A DNA stretch of 64,000 nucleotides from an uncultured Rhodospirillales bacterium (lineage in GTDB: Bacteria > Pseudomonadota > Alphaproteobacteria > Azospirillales > Azospirillaceae). The notes beneath the pieces were generated by a model, which searched no databases, was not told the origin of the DNA, and saw only the letters and a list, made by a program, of their open reading frames with translations. Both the position numbers and the translations under genes were made by a program. The DNA lies in the NCBI GenBank assembly GCA_903856295.1, contig CAIOBP010000097.1, positions 540 through 64,539 on the forward strand, written 5' to 3'. Position 1 is the first letter of the stretch; each line of letters starts with the position of its first letter. This document shows positions 18,241 through 25,900 of the stretch, piece after piece.

Positions 18241-18807
18241 ATGGTTCGGCACGAGTCCGGTTCGTCCTTATTCCGGTTCTGGCGGCGTCTGGCGCCGCTG
18301 CTGCTGGTCGGGTTGCTCGCGGCCTGCGCCTCTCCGGTGCCCATGCCCGAGGGCCGCAGCATCGTGCTGCGCCACAGCTCGAGCGGCGAGGAGCTGGCCA
18401 CCACCTATTTCCAGAACGGCGTCTACGACCACAAGGCGATGTTCGATATCTCGATGCTGCTGCGTGACCGCCATACCAATCAGATCACCGAGATGGACCC
18501 GCGGCTGATCGATCTGCTGCACGACCTGCCGCTCAGCCTGGGCCTGCCCGAGACGACGCCGATCGAGATCACCAGCGGCTATCGCTCGGAACTGACCAAC
18601 GCCTCGCTCGCCCGCACCAATCCCAACGTCGCCGAGCGCAGCTACCATATCCGAGGGCAGGCCGCCGACATTCACATCGCCGGGGTCGCCCCCCAGGCGC
18701 TCGCCCGCGCCGCCGCCGCTCTGCACCGGGGCGGCTATGCGTGGTACCCCCGCACCGGTCACGTCCATGTCGATGTCGGGCCGGTGCGCACCTGGCGGAC
18801 GGACTGA
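18241..18807 (+). CDS. DUF882 / peptidase M15A-like lipoprotein (YcbK-like)
   Basis: Lipobox LLAACAS. SGYRS...SYHIRGQAADIH...GGYAWYPRTGHVHVDVG. Confidence 0.75.
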   Translation: MVRHESGSSLFRFWRRLAPLLLVGLLAACASPVPMPEGRSIVLRHSSSGEELATTYFQNGVYDHKAMFDISMLLRDRHTNQITEMDPRLIDLLHDLPLSLGLPETTPIEITSGYRSELTNASLARTNPNVAERSYHIRGQAADIHIAGVAPQALARAAAALHRGGYAWYPRTGHVHVDVGPVRTWRTD

Positions 18808-19403
18808 TGCCGGACAGCCGCGACAATCCCTGGACCACCCTCGAAGCCGAGGTCAAATACGACAATCCGTGGATCCGGGTGGTCGAGCATCAGGTCCTGA
18901 CCCCGAAGAAGGCACCGGGCATCTATGGCACCGTGCACTTCAAGCATCTCGCGACCGGGGTGATTCCGATCGATGCCGAGGGCCAGACCTATCTGGTCGG
19001 CCAGTACCGTTTCGCCCTCGGCGCCTACAGCTGGGAGATTCCCGAGGGCGGCGGCACAGCAAGCGAAACACCGCTCGAGTCGGTGCAGCGTGAACTGCTG
19101 GAGGAAACCGGGCTGACCGCCGCCGGCTGGCAGGAGTTGCTGCGCCTGCACCTCTCCAACAGCGTGTGCGACGAGGCCGGCATCTGCTACGTCGCCTGGG
19201 ATCTGAGCGCCGGCCAGTCCTGCCCCGAGGATGTCGAGCAACTGGTGATCCGGCGCCTGCCGTTCCGCGAGGCCGTCGCCATGGTCTGGGCCGGCGAGAT
19301 CACCGACGCCATGAGCGTCGCCGCGATTCAGCGCCTCGAGCTGATGCTCCGGCGCGGCGTCGCCCCGGCCGCGGTGGCCGGCGCGGTCGGCGCCCTGGAG
19401 TGA
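18807..19403 (+). CDS. NUDIX hydrolase
   Basis: Nudix box GGGTASETPLESVQRELLEETGL. The ATG overlaps the upstream TGA (cTGATGc). Confidence 0.8.
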   Translation: MPDSRDNPWTTLEAEVKYDNPWIRVVEHQVLTPKKAPGIYGTVHFKHLATGVIPIDAEGQTYLVGQYRFALGAYSWEIPEGGGTASETPLESVQRELLEETGLTAAGWQELLRLHLSNSVCDEAGICYVAWDLSAGQSCPEDVEQLVIRRLPFREAVAMVWAGEITDAMSVAAIQRLELMLRRGVAPAAVAGAVGALE

Positions 19404-19413
19404 GCGCCCGCCG

Positions 19414-19671
19414 ATGTCCGAGCCCATCTCCCCCGAGCCCGTCTCCCCCGAGCCCGGCCCCACCGTGATCGAGCAACTGACCGCCGCACTGAAGGCGACC
19501 ATGCCCTATGCCCTGGAAAGCGCCCGCAGGCACGAGCGGATGGGGCTGGTCGAAGAGGCCGCCGCCGCCCGCGACGCCCACCGAAGAGCGCAATGGGCCT
19601 TGCGCGCCGCCGGTTTCGGCCAGCCCGAGCCGCTGTTCGGGATTGCCGGCGCCCGCGACTATGAGGATTGA
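19414..19671 (+). CDS. hypothetical protein
   Basis: 85 aa ORF 10 nt after the NUDIX gene. N-terminal ISPEPVSPEP comes from a 15-bp tandem duplication. No family recognised. Confidence 0.4.
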   Translation: MSEPISPEPVSPEPGPTVIEQLTAALKATMPYALESARRHERMGLVEEAAAARDAHRRAQWALRAAGFGQPEPLFGIAGARDYED

Positions 19672-19746
19672 GGCCGGCGTGGACAACACCGCCGCGCGGG
19701 ATTAGACTCGCGAGTCGGGTGCCACGTCCCGAGGGAGAAGCCCGCG

Positions 19747-20175
19747 ATGCACGGAAACCTGACCAGGATGGTGATTTTGGCCGCCGCGCTCTGGAGCCCG
19801 GGGGCGCTCGCCGACACCTACTATATTTCCCCCTTCGCGCCGCCCGGGATGGTGGCGCCGGTGGTGTCCACCAGTTCGGCCATGGGGACGGCCTGGGCGC
19901 CGCTCCCGATCACCGCCGTGCCGGCGCCGGCGGTGCCCGGAGCCTCGGTCATGCCCGAAGGACCGCCGCCGCCGGTCTATCCGGTGATGGCGGTTGAGTC
20001 GCTGCCGCCGGCCCAGGGGGTTTACACGGTTCAGGTCGGCGCGCATCTGTCGGCGGTGGCCCGTCGCACCCGCACCAAGCTCGTGGATCTGGTCCGGCTC
20101 AATCCCGGCCTGAAACCCGAAGCGCTGCTGCCGGCGGGTACGCGGGTCAAGCTGCCGATCCGGGGGTCGTGGTGA
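19747..20175 (+). CDS. secreted LysM domain protein
   Basis: Signal peptide ...WSPGALA, Pro-rich linker, C-terminal LysM-like YTVQVGAHLSAVARRTRTKLVDLVRLNPGLKPEALLPAGTRVKLP. Confidence 0.6.
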   Translation: MHGNLTRMVILAAALWSPGALADTYYISPFAPPGMVAPVVSTSSAMGTAWAPLPITAVPAPAVPGASVMPEGPPPPVYPVMAVESLPPAQGVYTVQVGAHLSAVARRTRTKLVDLVRLNPGLKPEALLPAGTRVKLPIRGSW

Positions 20176-20507
20176 CCGCGCTGCCGCGCCCGGCGGCGCT
20201 GGCGCTGGCGCTGGTCTCGGCGCTTCCGGGGCTGGCCGGCTGCGATGGCGGCGATTTCGGCTCGCGCGGGGTTTCCCGCGCGCCGGTGGTTCAGATCGTG
20301 CCCGGAGTTTCGGCGCCGTCGGCCCCGGTGGTGACGGTGCTGCGCACCAAGCGGGTCAATCCCCCGCTGCCGGAGAACCTGCCCATGGACATGGACGAGC
20401 CCGCTCCGGCGATGGTGCCGCCCGTTCTGGCGGGGGCGGGGGCGGGGACACGGCCGCCGCCGGCAGCGGCGCCCGGCGGGGCCGGTCCGATCCGGCTGAC
20501 GCCCTGA
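20169..20507 (+). CDS. hypothetical lipoprotein
   Basis: GTG start overlaps the LysM gene stop (GTGGTGA). Lipobox LPGLAGC. Pro/Ala-rich. Confidence 0.45.
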   Translation: MVTALPRPAALALALVSALPGLAGCDGGDFGSRGVSRAPVVQIVPGVSAPSAPVVTVLRTKRVNPPLPENLPMDMDEPAPAMVPPVLAGAGAGTRPPPAAAPGGAGPIRLTP

Positions 20508-20591
20508 GCGGGGCTAAGGCGACGCTTTCCCGCGCATTTTGTATGTCGTATTCTCCCCGACTTAAAAGCGGGACGATGTGCGCGTCCCGCG

Positions 20592-21719
20592 ATGGGGAGG
20601 ACCGGCATGATCAGAGCGCTCATCACCCTCGCGCTGTCGGGCAGTATCGGCTACGGCGCGTTGGCGGCCTCGCCGGCCGGGGCGGACGACGTTCCGGCCG
20701 AACTGGTGCAGGACGGGCTGCCGGGCGGCAAGGTCGCCCGGTCGCGCATCATCGTCACCGGTTCGGAGACGATGACGCCGTTCACCACCCGGATATTTCA
20801 AGCCCTGAACCCCGGACTGCACATCCCCGCTCCCGAGAGTCAGCCGGCCGGAACTCATGCCGGGTTCCTCAAGTTCTGCACCGGCATCGGTGCCGAGTTT
20901 CCCGACATCGTGGCGGCGACCCGGCGGATGCGCCAGAGCGAGTTGGACACCTGCATCACCCACGCCATCGCCGACATCATCGAGATTCCGATCGGCTACA
21001 GCGCCCTCGTCTTCGTCGCGCGCCGGGAGGACGCCCCGGTCAAGCTGACGCCCAAGACGCTCTATCAGGCGATCGCCGCCGAGCTTCCGGTCGGTCAGGA
21101 AATGGTGACCAATCCCTATCGGAGCTGGGACCAGATCGACGGCAAGCTGCCCAAGGCGGAGATACGGGTGATCCTGCCCGGCAGCGCCGCCGGAACCCGG
21201 AACTTCTTCGACGACATGTTCATGCAGGGCGGCTGCCGCAAGTTCGCCATGATCCGAAGCATCTATGACGACGTCGACCGGGTCAGGATGTGCGTGACCG
21301 CGCGCAAGGACGGCCGGCTGGTCGAAATGCCGGTGAACTACGACGAAACGCTGCCCGAGACGCTGTTGCAAAGCCCGCCGGGGACCATCGGCATTCTGCC
21401 CTATTTCGTGGCGATCGCCCACCTTGACACCTTGCAGATGCTGCCGGTCAACGGTGTCATGCCCACTCCGGCAACCATGACCGACGACAGCTACGAGGGC
21501 GTGCACACCCTCTATTACTACGTCAAGCGCGCCCACATGCGCGATGCCCATGGCAACGGCGTGGTGCGCGGTTTGCGGCAGTTCATCGTCGAGACCACCA
21601 GCGACGCCGCGCGCGGACCCGGCGGTTATCTCGCCGGATTCGGTGTGGTGCCGTTGCCGGCCGGCCTGCGCGCCAGCGAACGCCGCTCCGCCCTGCGCCT
21701 GGAGCGCTTCACCCGATGA
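20592..21719 (+). CDS. PstS-like periplasmic substrate-binding domain protein
   Basis: Signal peptide, then a PBP-like layout (IIVTGSETMTPF ... VILPGSAAGTRNFF). Family call is tentative. Confidence 0.55.
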   Translation: MGRTGMIRALITLALSGSIGYGALAASPAGADDVPAELVQDGLPGGKVARSRIIVTGSETMTPFTTRIFQALNPGLHIPAPESQPAGTHAGFLKFCTGIGAEFPDIVAATRRMRQSELDTCITHAIADIIEIPIGYSALVFVARREDAPVKLTPKTLYQAIAAELPVGQEMVTNPYRSWDQIDGKLPKAEIRVILPGSAAGTRNFFDDMFMQGGCRKFAMIRSIYDDVDRVRMCVTARKDGRLVEMPVNYDETLPETLLQSPPGTIGILPYFVAIAHLDTLQMLPVNGVMPTPATMTDDSYEGVHTLYYYVKRAHMRDAHGNGVVRGLRQFIVETTSDAARGPGGYLAGFGVVPLPAGLRASERRSALRLERFTR

Positions 21720-22495
21720 TCCCGGCCACAGGAGCACAGCCCATGCCCCGCACGACCCGCCCATCACGGACACTCCGGCGCGTCCGCAGCCTGCTCGCAG
21801 CAGCGTTGCTCGGGCTGGCCGCCCCGGCCTGGGGGCAAAACCAGCCGGCGGCGCCCTCGGTCAACCAGTCCGGCTTGGCGATGATGTTTGCGGCCGTTCC
21901 CGCGGTGCCGGCCCCGGTCGCCGCCTGCGACATCGACGCCGACGATCCCATCGACGACCGGACGGTCTTCGAGCAGGCTGCCGGCGCCGCCGCCGATCTC
22001 TGGAGCGCGGTCTCTTTCAGTCTCGGTTCGATGTTCTCGGCGGTCACGCCCCCGACTCCGGCGGCGATGGTCAAGAATTGGCAGGATGACAACGAGAAAT
22101 CGACCTTCTTCCAGCTGATCGGCGACGCCGGCTACAAGATCAAGGAAATCGAGAACGGCGTCGGTTTGCCGCCGGCCGTCACCATCAAGTTCGGTCGCAT
22201 CCGCAATCTGTCCGATGCCGATATCGACTACATGGAGCGGGAAATCGAGCGCTGGTCGAAGACGGAACCGGGACTGATCGGCGACGCCCAGCGGGCGGCG
22301 ATCGGCACGCTGGTGGCCATCAATCAGAGCGACGCCTTTGTCGTCGATGCCGTGAGCATGCGGGTTCTGCCCCTGCCCCAGTTCAAGTTCTCCCTGGCTC
22401 CGACCCTGGGCGGGCTGGGCTGGGAAGGCAGCCAGCTGATGCGGGCGATCCAGCGCCTGGATCGCCGGGTGGCGGAGGTGCAGAAGAAGGGGTGA
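21716..22495 (+). CDS. hypothetical secreted protein
   Basis: ATGA overlap with the preceding gene. Signal-like RRVRSLLAAALLGLAAPAWG. No family recognised. Confidence 0.5.
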   Translation: MIPATGAQPMPRTTRPSRTLRRVRSLLAAALLGLAAPAWGQNQPAAPSVNQSGLAMMFAAVPAVPAPVAACDIDADDPIDDRTVFEQAAGAAADLWSAVSFSLGSMFSAVTPPTPAAMVKNWQDDNEKSTFFQLIGDAGYKIKEIENGVGLPPAVTIKFGRIRNLSDADIDYMEREIERWSKTEPGLIGDAQRAAIGTLVAINQSDAFVVDAVSMRVLPLPQFKFSLAPTLGGLGWEGSQLMRAIQRLDRRVAEVQKKG

Positions 22496-22521
22496 TTTTC
22501 GGGCGCGCTTGATCGCGCCGC

Positions 22522-22656
22522 CTAGCCGCCCGACATCCGAATGACGGTGATCGCGAACATGAGAGCGGCCAGCCCGAGCAGGACAAGCGCGACGGCCCGG
22601 TTCTTGGAGGCCAGCCGCCGCTGATCATCCGGCTGAAGAGTGGAGTCGCCTGCCAC
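22522..22656 (-). CDS. possible 44-aa single-TM protein in the coxF position after ctaB
   Basis: Not in ORF track. GTG start 17 nt after the ctaB stop with GAGG upstream. My translation: (V/M)AGDSTLQPDDQRRLASKNRAVALVLLGLAALMFAITVIRMSGG. Confidence 0.35.
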   Translation of the reverse strand: MAGDSTLQPDDQRRLASKNRAVALVLLGLAALMFAITVIRMSGG

Positions 22657-22672
22657 GGTTTTGTGCCTCGGG

Positions 22673-23566
22673 TCAGTGTGTGCCGACGCGATCGGCGATC
22701 AGCGTCAGGAATAGTGCGAACAGATACAGCAGGGAAAAGCGGAACATATGCCGGGCAGCGCGGTCGCTGTCGTCGAACCAGACCCGAACCGCGGCAACCA
22801 GGAACCACGCCCCCAGCCCGAGGGCGACGGCAAGGTAAACCAGCCCGCTCAGACCGATGCTGTAGGGCACGACCGACAGGGGCAGCAGCAGCACCGTGTA
22901 GATGATCATCTGGCGCTTGGTTTCCCGCGCGCCCGCGACCACGGGCAGCATCGGCACCCCGGCCCGCTGATAGTCGTCATTGCAAAACAGCGCCAGCGCC
23001 CAGAAGTGCGGCGGCGTCCACATGAAAATCAGCATGAACAGCACGACTGAGGCCAGCGAGACATCGCCAGTCACCGCCGCCCAGCCGATCATCGGCGGAA
23101 ACGCCCCCGAGGCGCCGCCGATGACGATGTTGTAGGGCGTGCGACGCTTCAGCCAGATGGTATAGACGAAGACATAAAACGCCGAGGCCAGAAACAGCAG
23201 CCCGGCCGCGACGAAGTTGGTGGCAAGCCCCATGACCATGACCGCGCCCAGGGTCAGGATGACGCCAAAACCGAGGGCGTCGCCGGGCGCCATCTTGCCC
23301 GCCGGCAGCGGCCGCGTCCGCGTCCGCCGCATCACCTCGTCGATATCGCGGTCATACCACATATTGATGGCGCCGGCGGCGCCGGCGGCGATCGCGATGC
23401 ACAGGACGGCGGTCGCGGCCAGGACCGGATGCAGGTGTCCGGGGGCGAGGCACAGCCCGGAAAAGCCGGAGAACACCACCAGCAGCATGACGCGCGGCTT
23501 CAGCAGCGCGACAAAATCTCCGATATCGGTCCCAATGCTCATCTTCTGAATGGTGGTATCGGTCAT
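22673..23566 (-). CDS. ctaB: heme O synthase (protoheme IX farnesyltransferase)
   Basis: UbiA-fold protein with ALLKPRVMLLVVFS, NMWYDRDIDEVMRRTRTRPLPAG, PPHFWALA. Confidence 0.9.
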   Translation of the reverse strand: MTDTTIQKMSIGTDIGDFVALLKPRVMLLVVFSGFSGLCLAPGHLHPVLAATAVLCIAIAAGAAGAINMWYDRDIDEVMRRTRTRPLPAGKMAPGDALGFGVILTLGAVMVMGLATNFVAAGLLFLASAFYVFVYTIWLKRRTPYNIVIGGASGAFPPMIGWAAVTGDVSLASVVLFMLIFMWTPPHFWALALFCNDDYQRAGVPMLPVVAGARETKRQMIIYTVLLLPLSVVPYSIGLSGLVYLAVALGLGAWFLVAAVRVWFDDSDRAARHMFRFSLLYLFALFLTLIADRVGTH

Positions 23567-23586
23567 GCCGGCCTCATCTGGGCTCT

Positions 23587-23620
23587 AAAGGTGACAAATC
23601 GAAAAAGGTGACAAATCGAA
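23587..23620. repeat. perfect 17-bp tandem direct repeat in the coxI-like/ctaB intergenic gap
   Basis: aaaggtgacaaatcgaa occurs twice back to back (23587-23603, 23604-23620). Confidence 0.9.
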
Positions 23621-23651
23621 CAACGCGCGCTCGTGTCCCGCAGTTTTGTCG

Positions 23652-25205
23652 TCATGAGCGAGCATCCGCCCGCTCGCCCCAATAATCATCCCCGACTCTT
23701 GAGCCCTTTATCAGAGTGTAGAGTGCGATGCCACAGAAAATCATCCCGGAGGCGAATCCAGTATAAGCGCCAATCGAGGAAATGAAGTTCAAACCGGCAA
23801 AGCTGTCGGGATAATCGGGCGTATGGCGGGGCATGCCGTCCAGCCCCAAGACGTATTGAGGGATCATGGTCAGGTTGACACCGACGAACATCGTCCAGAA
23901 TTGAATCTTGCCCCAGAGTTCGGGATATTGCCGACCGGACATCGCGCCGATCCAATAATACCAGCCGCCGAGCGCCGCGAAAACCGCGCCAAGGCTCAAA
24001 ACCAAATGGAAATGGGCGACGACGAAATAGGTGGCGTGAACCGAGACGTCCGGGGAGCCGCTCCTCATGATCGCGCCGGCCGCGCCGCCGAAAATAAAGA
24101 TCACCATGAACCCGATGGCGTAGAGCATCGGGGTTTTGAGGGCCGGCGCGCGGCGCCACATGGTCGCGATCCAAGACAAGAGGATGATGGCGGTGGGAAT
24201 CGAGATGATCAGGATCGCGATGCCGAAGTAGGAATCGGTCTTGAAGCTCATGCCGGACGTATACATCTGCTGCGCCCAGACCACGAAGCCGATCAGGCCG
24301 ATCGCGCACATGGCGTAGACCATGCCCAGGTACCCGACAACCGGCCTTCTGGCAAAGGTCGCGATAATATGACTGACGATGCCGAAAGACGGCACGATCA
24401 TGATGTAGGCCTCGGGGTGACCGAAGAACCAGAGCACGCGCTGAAACAGCAGCGGATCGCCGCCACTCCCGGACTGGAAGAGCGCGCCGCCGGGGGTGCC
24501 GCCCATGACCAGCAGAGTGATGGCGCCGGCCAGCACCGGAACGGTCAGCACCAGCAAAAACGCGGTCACCAGCACCGCCCAAACGAACAGGGGCAGCTTA
24601 TGAAAGGTCATGCCCGGCGCGCGCATGTTGAAAATGGTGGCGATGAAGTTGATCGCCCCGGTCACCAGCGAGGTGCCGGCGAGCAGCAGCGCCAAAATCG
24701 CCAGATCGAGCGAAAGACCGGGCGCGCGCGCCGTGCCGGGCAGCGGCAGCCCCTCCGTCCGCCCCTCGCCGGTGTTCATGCCGACCAAGGTCGAGCCGAG
24801 CAGCAGCGCCAGCGAGGGAATCATCAGCCAGAAGCCGAGCATGTTCAGCCGCGGAAAGGCCATGCCGGAGGCGCCGATCATGGTCGGCACGAGCCAGTTG
24901 CCGAAGCCGCCGATCAGGGCCGGCATGACCATGAAGAACACCATGATCAGACCATGGGCGGTCATTACCAGGTTCCAAGTCTGCCCATCGGGAAACAGCT
25001 GCAGACCGGGCGCCTGCAATTCAAAGCGCATCAGCACGGAAAACAGCGCGCCGACGATGCCGGAGACGACGGACAGGCACAAATACAGTGTCCCGATATC
25101 CGTGTGATGGGTCGAGCACAGCCGGCGACGGAACGACCCTGAGCTGCGACTGTGATGATCGCGGCCAGACGGCGATGCCTCAGCTCCGGGAAATTGATCG
25201 CTCAT
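23652..25205 (-). CDS. A-family heme-copper oxidase subunit I homolog lacking the helix-VII CuB histidines
   Basis: 517 aa with CoxI motifs STHHTDIGTLY, TAHGLIMVFFMVMPALIGGFGNW, WFFGHPEAYIMIVPSFGIVSHIIATF, VVAHFHLVLS. WAQQMYT replaces WAHHMYT (CAG CAG at 24267..24272). Confidence 0.9.
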   Translation of the reverse strand: MSDQFPGAEASPSGRDHHSRSSGSFRRRLCSTHHTDIGTLYLCLSVVSGIVGALFSVLMRFELQAPGLQLFPDGQTWNLVMTAHGLIMVFFMVMPALIGGFGNWLVPTMIGASGMAFPRLNMLGFWLMIPSLALLLGSTLVGMNTGEGRTEGLPLPGTARAPGLSLDLAILALLLAGTSLVTGAINFIATIFNMRAPGMTFHKLPLFVWAVLVTAFLLVLTVPVLAGAITLLVMGGTPGGALFQSGSGGDPLLFQRVLWFFGHPEAYIMIVPSFGIVSHIIATFARRPVVGYLGMVYAMCAIGLIGFVVWAQQMYTSGMSFKTDSYFGIAILIISIPTAIILLSWIATMWRRAPALKTPMLYAIGFMVIFIFGGAAGAIMRSGSPDVSVHATYFVVAHFHLVLSLGAVFAALGGWYYWIGAMSGRQYPELWGKIQFWTMFVGVNLTMIPQYVLGLDGMPRHTPDYPDSFAGLNFISSIGAYTGFASGMIFCGIALYTLIKGSRVGDDYWGERADARS

Positions 25206-25250
25206 AAGCCGTCCTTGATTGCGAACCGGTATCCAGACTTCAACGATGGA

Positions 25251-25817
25251 CTATTTCTTGCCGATGACGTCGGTGATCTGCCGCCGCACCGCCGGATTGT
25301 CCCAATCGGTGCCGCCGAGCAGGCGGGCGACCTCGCGGCCGTCGCGCCCGATCAGCACCGAAGTCGGCAGCCCGCGGACGCCGAGAACACTGTTCGTGGC
25401 CCCGGTGGGGTCGAGATAGGGCGCCAGCGCTTTCACCCTCTGTTTTTCCAGGAAGGGCAGCACCACCGCCGCGCCGCCGCGATCCTCGGCCAGGGCCAGC
25501 ACCTGAAAGCCCGGGCCGCCCAACTCGGATTGCAACCGGTCGAGGGAGGGCATTTCCTTGACGCACGGCGCGCACCACGTCGCCCACAGGTTCAGCAACA
25601 ACACCTTGCCGGCGAAATCGGCGAGCCGTAGCGGCGCGCCCGCGCCGTCGGTGAACGCGAAATCGGCGACCGGGCGCTCCGCCGCCTGGAAGTGTCCAGC
25701 CGGTGCCGATTCCGGTCCGCCGGGCGGGTGCAGCATCAGCGCGGCGGACAGCGCCGCCATGCCGAAGCCGGTGACCGCGCCGGCCAGGGCCAGTTTGCGG
25801 ATCGTCTCCGGGCTCAT
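25251..25817 (-). CDS. TlpA/ResA-like periplasmic thiol:disulfide oxidoreductase
   Basis: TM anchor plus thioredoxin fold with WATWCAPC. Three in-frame ATGs (25877, 25847, 25817) are created by the 30-bp repeat; the innermost is listed. Confidence 0.8.
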   Translation of the reverse strand: MSPETIRKLALAGAVTGFGMAALSAALMLHPPGGPESAPAGHFQAAERPVADFAFTDGAGAPLRLADFAGKVLLLNLWATWCAPCVKEMPSLDRLQSELGGPGFQVLALAEDRGGAAVVLPFLEKQRVKALAPYLDPTGATNSVLGVRGLPTSVLIGRDGREVARLLGGTDWDNPAVRRQITDVIGKK

Positions 25818-25900
25818 GCCGCCGCCTGCTCGCCGCTCCGGGCTCATGCCGCCGCCTGTTCGCCGCTCCGGGCTCATGCCGCCGCCTGCTCGCCGCGCGA
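25811..25900. repeat. 30-bp tandem repeat x3 spanning the ABC-exporter stop / tlpA start junction
   Basis: ggctcatgccgccgcctgctcgccgctccg, ggctcatgccgccgcctgttcgccgctccg, and ggctcatgccgccgcctgctcgccgcgcga. Confidence 0.9.

Noticed and set aside
25811-25900. Considered whether the tandem repeats (here and at 23587) could be a CRISPR array
   Set aside because: The units are contiguous with no spacers, there are only 2-3 copies, and they lie at a gene junction. These are tandem duplications, not CRISPR.
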